Source of the DNA: an uncultured Gemmatimonadaceae bacterium | Lineage (GTDB): Bacteria > Gemmatimonadota > Gemmatimonadetes > Gemmatimonadales > Gemmatimonadaceae | Direction: 5' to 3' | Length of the DNA stretch: 64,000 nucleotides | NCBI GenBank assembly: GCA_963843845.1 | Contig: CAWJMB010000002.1 | Coordinates: 3,072,001 to 3,136,000, forward strand | Part shown: positions 18,454 through 30,889 of the stretch, piece by piece | Layout of the letters: each line of letters starts with the position of its first letter | Numbering within the stretch: the first letter of the stretch is position 1 | Notes under the pieces: model-generated | Database searches by the model: none | Seen by the model: the letters and a program-made list of their open reading frames with translations, nothing else | Told to the model about the DNA's origin: nothing | Position numbers and translations under genes: made by a program

Positions 18454-21222
18454 CTAACGATGTGGCCGGTCGTGCACGTACCACGAGGCGGGGACGCGCT
18501 GCGGCGCGACCCCGGGTCCCTCGACCCACAGCTCCAGCGCCCGCGGCCCGTAGGCCTGGAAGTACGTCAGCGTGATCGGGTGCAGCCCGCCGCCCAACGC
18601 GATCTGCCCCGGCGTCTCGGTCGTCGTCGGCGACTGGCCGACCGACCAGAAGACGTTGCGGTCGCCGACCCAGAGCGCCGCCCCGTCGTCCGAGCGCGCC
18701 GTGAACGTGTAGACGCCGGCGCGCGGCACGCGGAGGTAGCCGGTGAAGCGCAGCCCGAACAGCTCGGTCGTGTCGGCGACGCCCAACGCGACATCGCGCG
18801 CGACGCCCGTCTTCCGCGGCGCGATGTCCTTCGCCTGCACGTCCGGACGCTCGAGCTGCCAGCGCACCGGCCAGTTCATGCGGTACGCCGGCTCGGTCGT
18901 CGTGTCGGCGTAGAACGCGTACGCCAACCCCGGCGCGAGCCGTTCGGCGGCGATCCGCACCGGGGCGCGGCCGGGCCCCTTCACGTAGTCGACGCGCGCC
19001 TCGGGGGCCGCGGCGCCGGCGCCGAACGCGCGCGCCCGCACGGTCGTCGTCGCGCGCACCGTGAACGGCGCGCGGTAGCGTGGGCTCGTCGCGGTCGGCG
19101 CACTGCCGTCGGTCGTGTAGCGCACCTCGGTCGGCGTGCCCTGCGTGATGCGCACTCGCACCGCGTTCGTGAACTCGCCGAGCTCGGGCTGGATGTACGG
19201 TGCGTAGCCGCGGTTCACCGCCGCCGTCCGCGCCGTGTCGAACTTCGCGACCGCGCGGTCGTAGGTCAGGAAGCCGTTCAGCTCGACCTCGACGTCGGTG
19301 AGCTGTGTGTAGACGCCGGCGCTCATCGCGTGCGAGTCGCGCAGATCCCACATGCGCTTCGTCAGCAGCTCGTAGCGCGCGGCGAGCGAGTCGCGCGACG
19401 GGAACAGCCCGCCGTATCCCCACGCGTCGCCGGCCCACGCGTGTCCGGGTTCCTTGTAACCGAGCCCGCCGAACTCGCCGACGACCGACGCACGCGCCGC
19501 CGTGCCCCACATCGCCTGCGGGCCCTGATAGCGGTGCACGTCGATGATGTCGCCGACCTGCCCGTGCTGCCACCCGGAGACGTCGTTGATCGTCCGGCTC
19601 GAGTCGAGCCGCCGCACGATGCCGACGATGCGCTCGGTGTCGAACTGCCCCCACTTCTCGTTGAACGGCACCCACGTCACGATCGACGGGACGTTGTGCA
19701 GTTGCGCCAGCATGCCGCGCAGCTCGCGCTCGAACGCCTGCCGCGCCGCCGGCGAGTCGTTCCACCCGCTCGGCATGTCCTGCCACACGGCGAGTCCGAG
19801 CTTGTCCGCGTAGTAGTACCAGCGCGCCGGCTCGACCTTGATGTGCTTGCGCACCATGTTGAAGCCGAGCGCCTTGATCATCTCGACGTCGGCGCGGAGC
19901 GCGGCATCGGTCGGCGCCGTGTAGAGCCCGTCCGGCCACCACCCCTGGTCGAGCGGCCCGAGCTGGAACTCGGCCCGGCCGTTGAGCGCGAGGCGCGCCT
20001 TGCCCTGCGCGTCGGTCACGAGCCCCGACGTCCGCATGCCGAAGTAGCTGTCGACGCGGTCGATCTCGCGGCCGCCGTCGACGAGCGTCACGCGGAGGTC
20101 GTAGAGAAACGGGTCGTCCGGACTCCACAGGTGCGCGTTCGGCACCGGCACGCGGAGCGGCGCGCCGACGGCGCCTTCGGCCCGTCCGACCTCGCGCCCG
20201 GCGGACGAGGCGACGGCGACGACGCGCTGCCCCGCGGTGGTGCCGCGCCCGGTCACCGTGAGTCGCAGCACGCTCGCGCCAGCCTGGCGCGAGCCGGGCG
20301 ACGGGTCGGGCGACGGGTCGGGTGTCATGCGCAGCGAGGCGACGCTCGACGCTGGCACCGGCTCGAGCCACACCGTCTGCCAGAGCCCCGTCACCGGCGT
20401 GTACCAGATCCCTTCGGCGGCGCTCACCTGCTTGCCGCGCGGCTGGCCGAACTCGTCGGTCGGGTCCCACACGGAGACGACGAGCTGCTGCGCCGCAGCG
20501 GGCACGAGGGCGTCGGTGACGTCGACGGTGAACGCCTCGTAGCCGCCGCGGTGGCGCGTCAGCTCGCGGCCGTTCACGACGACGGCGCACTCCCAGTCGC
20601 ACGCGCCCACGTGCAGCAGCAGCCGCTCCCCGACGGCGAGGTCGGCGGGGCGCGTGAAGGTGCGCCGGTACGCCACACGCTCGGCGTGCGCGCCGACGCC
20701 GGAGAGAGCGGCCTCGGGGGCGAACGGCACGAGGATGCGGCGGTCGAAATCACCCGGCGCGGCGCCGGCCGGCGGCGTGCCGTCGGATCGCGACGGGTGC
20801 GCGAGACGGTACGGGTCGCGCCCCGGCGTCGGCGTGCGGGTCGGGCCGCTCGCGAACTCCCACAGGCCGTTCAGCGACTGCCAGCGGGGGCGCACGAGCT
20901 GCGGGCGCGGGTACTCCGGGAGCACGGCGTCGGGACGCACGTCGGCGGCCCACCGCGTCAGCATCCGCGCGGGAGCGGGGCGCCAGGCGGGCGCCGTGCC
21001 GCCCGGTGTCGCCGCCGCCGCCGCGGGCGCCGCGGGCGCCGCGGGCGCCTGCGCAGCCGTCACCGGCGCCGCGCCAGGCACCGGCGCGGCGGGCGTCACG
21101 GGCACCGGCGTCGGCGCCGGCGAGCAGCTGGCGCCGAGGACGAGCGCCGCGAGCGCGCGGCGCGCGGCACGGCGGCTCGTCGGCACGGTCGCGCGGTCGG
21201 ACGGAAGAGCGGGTCGACGCAT
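18454..21222 (-). CDS. GH2 lipoprotein with C-terminal Fn3-associated/chitobiase-like and PA14 domains; candidate beta-galactofuranosidase
   Basis: LGASC lipobox; LPEYPRPQL, GPLDQGWWPDGLYTAP, RKHIKVEP, PFNEKWG, VGEFGG; VRYTTDGSAPT (Fn3-assoc); GYLRVPRAGVYTF..RSDDG (PA14). Confidence 0.88.
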   Translation of the reverse strand: MRRPALPSDRATVPTSRRAARRALAALVLGASCSPAPTPVPVTPAAPVPGAAPVTAAQAPAAPAAPAAAAATPGGTAPAWRPAPARMLTRWAADVRPDAVLPEYPRPQLVRPRWQSLNGLWEFASGPTRTPTPGRDPYRLAHPSRSDGTPPAGAAPGDFDRRILVPFAPEAALSGVGAHAERVAYRRTFTRPADLAVGERLLLHVGACDWECAVVVNGRELTRHRGGYEAFTVDVTDALVPAAAQQLVVSVWDPTDEFGQPRGKQVSAAEGIWYTPVTGLWQTVWLEPVPASSVASLRMTPDPSPDPSPGSRQAGASVLRLTVTGRGTTAGQRVVAVASSAGREVGRAEGAVGAPLRVPVPNAHLWSPDDPFLYDLRVTLVDGGREIDRVDSYFGMRTSGLVTDAQGKARLALNGRAEFQLGPLDQGWWPDGLYTAPTDAALRADVEMIKALGFNMVRKHIKVEPARWYYYADKLGLAVWQDMPSGWNDSPAARQAFERELRGMLAQLHNVPSIVTWVPFNEKWGQFDTERIVGIVRRLDSSRTINDVSGWQHGQVGDIIDVHRYQGPQAMWGTAARASVVGEFGGLGYKEPGHAWAGDAWGYGGLFPSRDSLAARYELLTKRMWDLRDSHAMSAGVYTQLTDVEVELNGFLTYDRAVAKFDTARTAAVNRGYAPYIQPELGEFTNAVRVRITQGTPTEVRYTTDGSAPTATSPRYRAPFTVRATTTVRARAFGAGAAAPEARVDYVKGPGRAPVRIAAERLAPGLAYAFYADTTTEPAYRMNWPVRWQLERPDVQAKDIAPRKTGVARDVALGVADTTELFGLRFTGYLRVPRAGVYTFTARSDDGAALWVGDRNVFWSVGQSPTTTETPGQIALGGGLHPITLTYFQAYGPRALELWVEGPGVAPQRVPASWYVHDRPHR

Positions 21223-21224
21223 GG

Positions 21225-22344
21225 TCAGACGCGGGTGGTCGGGCGGCCGCGGGGCGCGCGGGGCAGCGCGTCGGCGGGGGCGGCGGCGGGCGCGGCGGCG
21301 GGCGCGGCGGTCGAGCCGCGCAGCACGAGCGGCGCGTCGAGCAGGATCTTCTCGGGGGTGACCGCCTGCCCCTGCTCGATCTGGCGGATGAGCATCTGCG
21401 CCGCGCGCTCGCCCATCTCGTACTTCGGCACGTGCACCGACGTCAGCGGCACCGCCAGGTACTCCGCGAGCGAGATGTCGTCGAAGCCCACGACCGAGAC
21501 GTCGTCGGGCACGCGCAGGCCGAGCTCTCGCAGCGCGCGACAGAGGCCGATGGCGACGAGGTCGTTGTAGCAGGTGACGCCGGTCGGACGCGGGCGGCGC
21601 GCGTCGGGGCCGAAGCACGCGACGCCCGCGCGCATGCCGTCGGCGAGGTGGGCGCCGGCACGCACGATCGTGTCCTCGGTGAACGCGAGGTGCGAGCCGC
21701 TGAACGCGCGGTGGACTCCGTCGACGCGCTCCTCGCTGTGCGCCGAATAGGACGGGCCGGCGAAGTGCACGACGCGCGTGTGGCCCAACGCGAACAGGTG
21801 CTCGACCGCGCGGCGCGACGCGTCGACGTTGTCGACGTCGACGATGCCGGCGCGCAGGCCGCGCACCTCCTCGAGCAGCACGAGCGGGACGTTGCGACGC
21901 TTGAGCTCGAAGAAGTGCGCGAGGTCGGCGTGCTCGTCGAGCACCGGCGTGGCGACGATGCCGTCGACGTCCTTCTCGCGCAGCAGCCGCACGGCCCGGC
22001 GCTCGGCGTCGTAGGCCCCCTCGGACGAGGCGACGAGCAGCGTGTAGCCCTGGGCGTCGGCGGCGGCGCGTGCGCCCGCGATGATGTCCGTGTAGTACGG
22101 GTTGTCGTAGCTCTTTGATGAGGACCGCGATGCTGCGATCGCGGCGCGCGACGGCGCGCCCGGCGAGCTGCGTCGGGCGGTAGTTCAGCAGCTCCATCGC
22201 CGTGAGGACGCGGTCGCGCGTCGTGTCGCTCACGCCATCGCCGTCGTTGAGCACGGCCGAGACGGTCGCTTTCGAGACCCCGGCCGACGCGGCGACGTCG
22301 GAGATCGTGGGACGCTTCACGGTCGTCGGTTCCCAGCCTGTCAT
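21225..22344 (-). CDS. LacI-family transcriptional regulator; apparent frameshift near 22110
   Basis: HTH PTISDVAASAGVSKATVSAVLN; CYNDLVAIG, VPDDVSVVGFDD, PLTSV, LVLRGST; alternative GTG start at 22320. Confidence 0.92.
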
Positions 22345-22351
22345 GAATGTT

Positions 22352-22363
22352 CGAACCGGTTCG
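22352..22363. promoter_or_regulatory. Putative LacI-family operator 1 (CGAACCGGTTCG)
   Basis: Perfect 12-bp palindrome just upstream of the lacI-like gene; identical copy at 22549. Confidence 0.8.
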
Positions 22364-22392
22364 GCACGGTTCGACCCCGTTCGGCGACGCTG

Positions 22393-22421
22393 AGTGTGGG
22401 AGCGCGCGGATTTATTGTCAA
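22393..22421 (-). promoter_or_regulatory. Putative sigma70 promoter for the leftward arm (TTGACA-17 nt-CACACT)
   Basis: Consensus -35 on the minus strand at 22421-22416, 17-nt spacer, weak -10. Confidence 0.55.
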
Positions 22422-22498
22422 GGCGGGAATTCCCCGAACTCGCGCGTGCGGCGAGCGGCGACGCTCGCCGGGTCGACGCCGCGCGCCGACGCCGCCGC

Positions 22499-22526
22499 TT
22501 GACAACGCGCGATCCGCGCCAATACT
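22499..22526 (+). promoter_or_regulatory. Putative sigma70 promoter for the ABC-galTK arm (TTGACA-16 nt-AATACT)
   Basis: Consensus -35 at 22499-22504 and -10-like AATACT at 22521-22526. Confidence 0.6.
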
Positions 22527-22548
22527 CACTGAACGCGCCGAACTCGCT

Positions 22549-22560
22549 CGAACCGGTTCG
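22549..22560. promoter_or_regulatory. Putative LacI-family operator 2 (CGAACCGGTTCG)
   Basis: Second identical palindrome, between the promoter and the ATG at 22595. Confidence 0.8.
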
Positions 22561-22594
22561 GCCGACCGCGCCGTCTCCTTCCGCCCGACTCGCC

Positions 22595-23589
22595 ATGGCT
22601 CCTCGTATCCGGCGCCGCGCCGTGCGCGCACTGGCTCGCACCGTCACCACCGCGGCCGCCGTCGCCGCCGCCGCGCTCGCGCTCGCCGGCTGCGCGCGCA
22701 AGGGCGCCGACCAGTTCGTCGTCGGCTTCTCGCAGATGGAGTCGAACAACCCGTGGCGCATCGCCGAGACGAAGAGCCTGCGCGACGAGGCGCGCGAAGC
22801 GCGGCGTGCAGCTCGTCGTCACCGACGCGCAGGGGCAGACGGCGAAGCAGGTCTCCGACGTCGAGGACCTCATCGCGCGCCGCGTGAGTCGTCATCCTCC
22901 TCGCGCCGCGCGAGTTCGAGGGGCTCGCCCCCGCGCTCCAGGCCGCGAAGGCCGCGAACATCCCGGTCATCCTCGTCGACCGCGAGGCGAAGGGCACGGC
23001 CGGGCACCGACTACGTCACGCTCCTCGCGCTCGAACTTCGTCGAGCAGGGGCAGCGCGCCGCGGAGTGGCTCGCGCGGCCGACCGAACGGCAAGGCCGGC
23101 ATCGTCGAGCTCTCCGGCACGCCGGGCGCCTCGGTCGCCGCCGACCGCGCGCAAGGGGTTCCGCGACGGGCTCGCGAAGTACCCGGGCATGACAGATCCT
23201 CGCCTCGCAGACCGGCAACTTCTCCCGCGCGCAGGGCGAGCGCGTGATGCAGAACCTCGCGCAGTCGTTAGGCCGCAGGATCACCGCCGTCTACGCCCAC
23301 AACGACGAGATGGCGCTCGGCGCGATCCAGGCGCTGCAAGGCGGCCGGGCCGCAAGCCGGGGCAGGACGTGATCGTCGTCTCGATCGACGGCCAGCGCGC
23401 CGCGCTCGAAGCGATCGGCGCGGGCGAGCTCGGCGCGACCGTCGAGAGCAACCCGCGGTTCGGGCCGCTCGCCTTCGAGACGATCGAGAAGATACCGCGC
23501 AGGCGAGCCGGTGCCGACGAAGATCCTCGCTCACCGACCGGCTGTTCGACAAGACGAACGCGGCGCAGTTCGTCGCCGAGGCGTACTGA
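22595..23589 (+). CDS. Sugar ABC transporter substrate-binding lipoprotein, YtfQ (galactofuranose)-like; many apparent frameshifts
   Basis: LAGC lipobox, [67 protein letters not shown], recovered across frames. Confidence 0.8.
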
Positions 23590-23629
23590 CGGCAGGTCGA
23601 GCGGGTCAGCGACGGACCCCCGAGCCGCG

Positions 23630-25170
23630 ATGGCCGAGCCGGTCCTGCGGATGGAGGGGATCACCAAGCGGTTCGCCGGCGTCACCGCGCTCGACGGCGT
23701 CGGACTCGCGCTCGAGCGCGGCGAGGTGCACGCGCTCGTCGGCGAGAACGGCGCCGGCAAGTCGACGCTCATCAAGATCATGACCGGCGCCTACCGCCGC
23801 GACGGCGGCGCGATCCGCCTCGACGGCCGCGAGGTGGCGTTCGACACGCCGGCCGACGCGCAGGCGCGCCGGCGTCATCGCCGTGCACCAGGAGGTCCAC
23901 CTGCTCGACGCACCGCACCGTCGCCGAGAACGTCTTCCTCGGCGCGCGAGCCGCGGCGGTGGGGGTCTCGTCGACTGGACGCGCATGTTCGCCGACGCCG
24001 CGCGCGCTGTTCGCGCGGCTCGGCATCGACGTCGACCCGCGCGCGACGCTCGGCACGCTGCGCACCGCGCAGCAGCAGATGGTCGCCATCGCGCGCGGCG
24101 TGTCGTTGGGCGCGAAGGTGCTGGTCCTCGACGAGCCGACGAGCTCGCTCACCGACCGCGAGGTGACGCTGCTCTACGCGCTCATCCGCACGCTGAAGGC
24201 CGCAGGGCACGGCGGTCGTCTACATCAGCCACCGCTTCGACGAGCTCTACGCGATCTGCGACCGCGTCACCGTGCTGCGCGACGGAAAGTTCGTCGCCAC
24301 GCGCCCGCTCGCCGGCCTCGAGCGGATCGACCTCGTCTGCCTCATGCTCGGCAAGTCGCGCGACGCGCTCGCCGCCGGCCAGACGGCGTTCCAGCGCCGC
24401 CGACGCGCCGCCGGCGGGCGAGGCGCCGCTGCTGCGCGCCGACGCGCTGCGCCGCGGACAGAAGCTGCGCGGCGTGTCGCTCGACGTGCGCCGCGGCGAG
24501 GTCGTCGGCCTCGCCGGGCTGCTCGGCTCCGGCCGCAGCGAGACGGCGCGCGCGATCTTCGGCGCCGACCCGCTCGGACGGCGGCACGATCACGGTGCGC
24601 GGCGAGCGACTCGCGCCGACGTCGCCGGCCGACGCGATCGGCGCCGCGCATCGCCTTCGTCTCCGAGGACCGCAAGGCCGAGGGGATCATCCCGGAGCTG
24701 TCGGTGCGCGAGAACCTCACGCTCGCCGCGCTGCCCACGCTGACGCGCTTCGGCGTCGTCGACACGGCGACGCCAGCGCGCGATCGTCGACGAGTACATG
24801 ACGCCGCTTCGGCATCAAGGCGTCGAGCGCCGAGCAGCGGATCCGCGAGCTCTCCGGCGGCAACCAGCAGAAGGTGCTGCTCGCGCGCTGGCTGTGCACG
24901 CGCCCCGAGCTGTTCATCGTCGACGAGCCGACGCGCGGCATCGACATCGGGGCGCGCGGCGAGATCCAGGCGCTCGTCAACGAGCTGGCGCGCGACGGGC
25001 TCGGCGTGCTCATGATCTCGTCGGACCTGGAGGAGCTGGTGGAGGGGAGCACGCGCGTCGTCGTGCTGCGCGACGGGCAGGACGTCGGCGAGCTGCGCCG
25101 CGACGAGCTGACGCAGGGCGCGATCATCGAGGCGATGGCCGGCGCCGGACCGCCGGAGGTGGCGCCGTGA
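23630..25170 (+). CDS. Sugar ABC transporter ATP-binding protein (CUT2 family, YtfR/RbsA-like); many apparent frameshifts
   Basis: [52 protein letters not shown]. Confidence 0.88.
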
Positions 25171-26144
25171 CCGCCGCCGCCCCGCCGGTCGACCGCGCGG
25201 CGCCGCTCCCCCGCCGCCGCGGCGCGGCCACGCAGACGACGAGCGCGCTCGTCGCACTCGTGCTGCTCGTCGCCGCGCAACGCGCTGTTCACGCCGAACT
25301 TCGCGACGGCGAGCAACCTCTGGAACGTGCTGCTCCAGACGTCGACCGTCGCGCTCGTCGCGGTCGGCATGACGCTCGTCATCGCGACCGGCGGCATCGA
25401 CCTGTCGGTCGGCTCGGTCATGGCGATCGCCGGTGCCCTCGCCGCGACGCGCCTCGAGACGATGGGGATGGCGGTCGCGATCGTCGCCGGTCTCGTCGGC
25501 GCGCTCGCCGTCGGCGCGCTGAACGGCGCCCTCATCGCCCGCAACCGCATCCAGCCGATCGTCGTCACGCTCGCCACGCTGATCGCCGGGCGCGGGCTCG
25601 CGCAGGTGCTGAGCGACGACGGCCAGCTCGTGCCGATCCGCTCGGCCGGCGTTCTTCGTGCTCGGGCGCGGGCACGTCGGCCCCGTGCCGGCGCCGGTGC
25701 TCGTCGCCGTCGCCGTCGTCGCCGTCGCCGCGTTCGTGCTGCACGCCACGCCGTTCGGACGCTATGTCCTCGCGGTCGGCGGCAACGCGGCGGCGGCGCG
25801 GCTCGCCGGCGTGCCGGTGCAGCGCACGCTCATCACCGTCTACGCGCTGAGCGGCCTGCTGGCCGGCCTCGCCGGGCTGCTCGAGACGTCGCGCCTCGGC
25901 GCGAGCGACGGCGCGAAGATCGGGCTCAACATCGAGCTCGACGCGATCGCCGCGACGGTCGTCGGCGGCACCGCGCTCTCGGGCGGCCGCGCGACGATCC
26001 TCGGCACCGTCGTCGGCGCGCTCGTGATGCAGGTGATCGCGACGAGCTTCAACATGCTGCTCATTCCGTACGCGTGGTCGCTCGCGCTCAAGGCGCGTCA
26101 TCATCCTCGCCGCCGTCTTCGCGCAGCGACCGAGGCGGGTGTAA
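25167..26144 (+). CDS. Sugar ABC transporter permease 1; apparent frameshifts
   Basis: [45 protein letters not shown] overlap; true end in the frame VIILAAVFAQRPRRV*. Confidence 0.85.
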
Positions 26145-26148
26145 CGCA

Positions 26149-26211
26149 CCCGTCGCGAGCGCCCGTCGCGAGCGCCCGTCGCGAGCGCCCTCGCGAGCGC
26201 CTCGCGCGGCG
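26149..26211. repeat. Intergenic tandem repeat, 13-bp unit CCCGTCGCGAGCG x3 plus two decayed copies
   Basis: Read directly between the two permease genes. Confidence 0.8.
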
Positions 26212-26239
26212 CGATCTTCGCAGAACCCGCCACGCCCTC

Positions 26240-27274
26240 ATGCCAGATCCCCTGCTCCGCCCCGCGACCGCCGGCTACCCGTCCGCCGCCGCCACCGCCC
26301 CGGTGCCCGCGGCCGGGCGTCGGCGCCGCTGGGCGTCGCTCGTGCAGCATCAGGGCGCGCTCATCGCGCTCGCCGTCGCCGTCGCGTTCGGCGCCGCGCG
26401 CTACGTCGCGTTCCCGACCCCGGAGAACGTGCTGAACGTGCTGCGGCAGAACAGCATGGTCGGGCTGCTCGCGCTCGGCATGACGTTCGTCATCCTCACC
26501 GGCGGCATCGACCTGTCGGTCGGATCGCTGCTCGCCGCGGCCGGCGTCGTCGCGGCGTCGCTCGCGGGGCAGGGCGCCACGGTCGCGATCGCCGCTGCCG
26601 TGGCCGTCGGGGCACTGCTCGGCGCGGCGAACGGCGTGGTCATCGCGAAGGGGCGCCTGCAGCCGTTCGTCGTCACGCTCGCGATGATGATCGCGGTGCG
26701 CGGCGCCGTGCTCGCGTTCACGCACGAGAACTCGGTCGGGGTCCCACCCGAGGCAGGAGCGCTGACGTGGCTGGGTCGCGGCACGCTCGGCGCCGTCCCG
26801 GTGCCGGTGCTCGTGCTCGCGCTGGCCTTCGCCGTCGGGTGGGTGGTGTTGCGCTACACGACGTTCGGCCGCCACGTCTATGCGGTCGGCGACGACGGCG
26901 AGGCGGCGAGGCTGCTCGGCCTCGACACCGACCGCGTCGTCATCGCGACCTATGCCGTGAGCGGCGCGCTCGCCGGGCTCGCCGGCGCGGTGCTCACCGC
27001 GCGGCTCGGCGCCGGCCAGCCGGTCGCCGGCACCGGGTGGGAGCTCGACGCGATCGCCGGCGTCGTCGTCGGCGGCACGCTGCTCACGGGCGGCGTCGGC
27101 GGCGCCGGACGCACGCTCGTCGGCGTCCTGTTGCTCGGCGTGATCCTCAACCTGCTGAACCTCGAGGGGACGTTCTCTCCGTGGTGGCAGTGGGTGATCC
27201 GCGGCGCGTTCCTCCTCGCCGTCGTCGTGGTGCAGGGACGCGTGCAGCGCAGTGCGGAGGCGGCCGGTGGCTGA
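26240..27274 (+). CDS. Sugar ABC transporter permease 2 (YjfF/RbsC-like)
   Basis: [47 protein letters not shown]. Confidence 0.9.
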   Translation: MPDPLLRPATAGYPSAAATAPVPAAGRRRRWASLVQHQGALIALAVAVAFGAARYVAFPTPENVLNVLRQNSMVGLLALGMTFVILTGGIDLSVGSLLAAAGVVAASLAGQGATVAIAAAVAVGALLGAANGVVIAKGRLQPFVVTLAMMIAVRGAVLAFTHENSVGVPPEAGALTWLGRGTLGAVPVPVLVLALAFAVGWVVLRYTTFGRHVYAVGDDGEAARLLGLDTDRVVIATYAVSGALAGLAGAVLTARLGAGQPVAGTGWELDAIAGVVVGGTLLTGGVGGAGRTLVGVLLLGVILNLLNLEGTFSPWWQWVIRGAFLLAVVVVQGRVQRSAEAAGG

Positions 27275-28318
27275 CCTCGGCGAGCTGGCCCAGCATCCGC
27301 ACCGCCGGCGCAACGCGCTGACCGGCGAGTGGGTGCTCGTGTCGCCGCACCGCACGCAGCGTCCGTGGCTCGGCCAGGTCGAGACGCCGGCGGCCGCGAC
27401 CCGTCCGGCGCACGACCCGACGTGCTACCTGTGCCCCGGAAACGAGCGCGCCGGTGGCGCTCGCAACCCGCGGTACGAGCGCACGTTCGTGTTCGACAAC
27501 GACTACGCGGCCCTGCGGCCCGACGGACCGGACGCGGCAGTCGTCTCCGACGAGCTGCTCGTCGCGCAGACCGAATCGGGACGCTGCCGCGTGATCTGCT
27601 TCTCGCCCCGCCACGACCTCACGCTGCCGGACATGGACGTCGCCACGATCCGCACGGTCGTCGACGTGTGGGCCGAACAGTACGCCGCGTTAGGCGCCGA
27701 CCCGCGCATCAATCACGTGCAGATCTTCGAGAACAAGGGCGAGATGATGGGCGCGAGCAACCCGCATCCGCACGGACAGATCTGGGCGCAGGAGCAGGTG
27801 CCCCTGCACGCGACGCGCGAGCTCGAGCGGCAGCAGGCGCACTTCGATCGCCACGGCCGCACGCTGCTCGGCGACTATCTCGCGACCGAGCTCGCGCACG
27901 ACGAGCGCATCGTCGCCGCGAACGACGCGTTCGTCGCGCTCGTGCCGTGGTGGGCGGTGTGGCCGTTCGAGACCCTCGTCGTCGCGCGCCGGCCGGTCCC
28001 GCATCTCGGCCTGCTGAGCGACGCCGAGCGCGACGGGCTCGCGGAGATCGTGCAACGGCTCACGCGCCGCTACGACCAGCTGTTCCAGGTGTCGTTCCCC
28101 TACTCCGCCGGCATCCACCAGGCACCGACGGACGGCACCACGTACGACGCGTGCCACCTGCACCTGCACTTCTTCCCCCCGCTCCTCCGCTCGGCGACGG
28201 TGCGCAAGTTTCTCGTCGGCTACGAGCTGTTGGGCGAGCCGCAGCGCGACCTGACGCCGGAGAGCGCGGCGGAGCGGCTGCGCGCGGTCCCGGAGCTCCC
28301 GCTCGCGCGCGCCACCAC

Positions 28319-28322
<4 letters not shown>
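27267..28322 (+). CDS. galT: Galactose-1-phosphate uridylyltransferase
   Basis: [62 protein letters not shown] before GTG. Confidence 0.96.
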
Positions 28323-29524
<1,202 letters not shown>

Positions 29525-29664
29525 ACGATCCGGAACGTTCCGAACACGAACCGACCGGCTCGCCCGTCAGTGGCTGGAAGCGTCTCGAGCGTGACGCGCC
29601 GGTCCATCGTCAGGGTGCACGGTCGGTTCATGATCGAGATGGCTCCCAGCCCCACAGCTCCCGC

Positions 29665-30102
29665 CTACGCCGCGTACGCCAGACTCACCGCCCGCCGCGC
29701 CCCGCGCTTGAGCGCCCGGTGCACCGCGCGCGCGTAGCGCACGAAGTTCTCGCCGGCCCAGGGATAGAGCAGGAAGAACTCGGTCGGCAGCATGTCGGCC
29801 TTCATCCGGTTGCACGCCCCGCACGCCGCCACGAGGTTGCCGCGCATGTCCGGCCCGCCCTTCGAGCGCGGGTACACGTGGTCGACCGTCGTCTCGTCGG
29901 TCTGCAGCGCGACCGCGCAGTAGACGCAACGCCGACCGCAGTCGCGCAGCGCGTCCAGCTTCCGCGAGCGCTTCTTCAGTGTGTACAGCTCGACCATCTC
30001 ACGCGGCCCGCGCAGCCGGCGGCGCGGGGCGCGAGGAAGCAGCGCACGGTGCGCGCGGCGGTCGGAGCAGGCGGTGCGGCGAATCACGGCGGGCCGGGAC
30101 AT
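29665..30102 (-). CDS. Small HNH endonuclease
   Basis: CVYC..TVDHVYPRSKGG..NLVAACGACNRMK; GAGG before ATG 30102, start uncertain. Confidence 0.8.
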   Translation of the reverse strand: MSRPAVIRRTACSDRRAHRALLPRAPRRRLRGPREMVELYTLKKRSRKLDALRDCGRRCVYCAVALQTDETTVDHVYPRSKGGPDMRGNLVAACGACNRMKADMLPTEFFLLYPWAGENFVRYARAVHRALKRGARRAVSLAYAA

Positions 30103-30285
30103 GTGACCTCGTCGAGAGCAGGGTGCGTACAACGACGACGCCCCGCCTCGGGAGCGATCCCGGCGCGGGGCGTGGAGTGTGTCGGAAGGAGTCGACGCAT
30201 CGTACGAATGCTCAACGCACCTGGTGTGCCACGTGTTTCGAGGCAACCGACGCCCGCCGTCGCGCACACGGCGCGGGCGCCGAAC

Positions 30286-30792
30286 TCACCCGTCGCGCGA
30301 CGGCTGGTCTCCCGCGCGCCGTCGCTTCGGCTCCGGGTGGAGCGACGCGCGCATCGGGTTGCGGAGCGCCGAGCCGATGCGCGCCGCCATCGCGTCCAGC
30401 CGCGTGCGGTCGGGCATCGCCGAGCCGGCGAAGGGGAGCGGCACGTCGAAGCCGTCACCGGCTCGACGCGGAATGAGGTGCACGTGAAAGTGGAAGACGT
30501 CCTGCCCCGCCGCCGTGCCGCTGTTGACGACGATGTTCATGTCGTCGACCCCGGCGACTCCCTGGATGACCGGGATGAGCTTCACGGCGACGTCGTACAG
30601 GTGCCGCCCGACCTCGCTCGGGACGTCCTCGAGTCGCTCGTAGTGCTCGCGCGGCACGACGAGCACGTGCCCGTCGTTCACCGGCTGGACGTCCATGAAC
30701 GCGATCGCCGTCGCGTCGTCGTAGCACACCGACACTTCGGCCGCGCCCTGGATGATGTCGCAGAACGTGCAGTGCGTGGGCGTCTTCGGCAT
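30286..30792 (-). CDS. HIT family nucleotide hydrolase
   Basis: CTFC, GHVLVVPREH, AGQDVFHFHVHLIPR histidine triad. Confidence 0.92.
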   Translation of the reverse strand: MPKTPTHCTFCDIIQGAAEVSVCYDDATAIAFMDVQPVNDGHVLVVPREHYERLEDVPSEVGRHLYDVAVKLIPVIQGVAGVDDMNIVVNSGTAAGQDVFHFHVHLIPRRAGDGFDVPLPFAGSAMPDRTRLDAMAARIGSALRNPMRASLHPEPKRRRAGDQPSRDG

Positions 30793-30889
30793 GCGGGGCT
30801 CGCAGGGCGGGCGTCGGTCGTGCGATTGGTGCTCTGTCGCGAACATCTCGGGGGGACCGGGGCGGCGCAAGAGTCTGACGGGCCGGCCG

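Noticed and set aside
18454..22761. 1435-aa LacI-GH2 fusion in the ORF track
   Set aside because: Artefact of the frameshift near 22110 running the LacI HTH out of frame into the GH2 gene; LacI has its own stop at 21225
7429..26211. CRISPR array at the repeats near 7430 or 26150
   Set aside because: No unique spacers between repeats and no cas genes
29531..29542. Palindrome CGGAACGTTCCG as a third LacI operator
   Set aside because: Differs from the two identical operators and lies after galK between convergent genes
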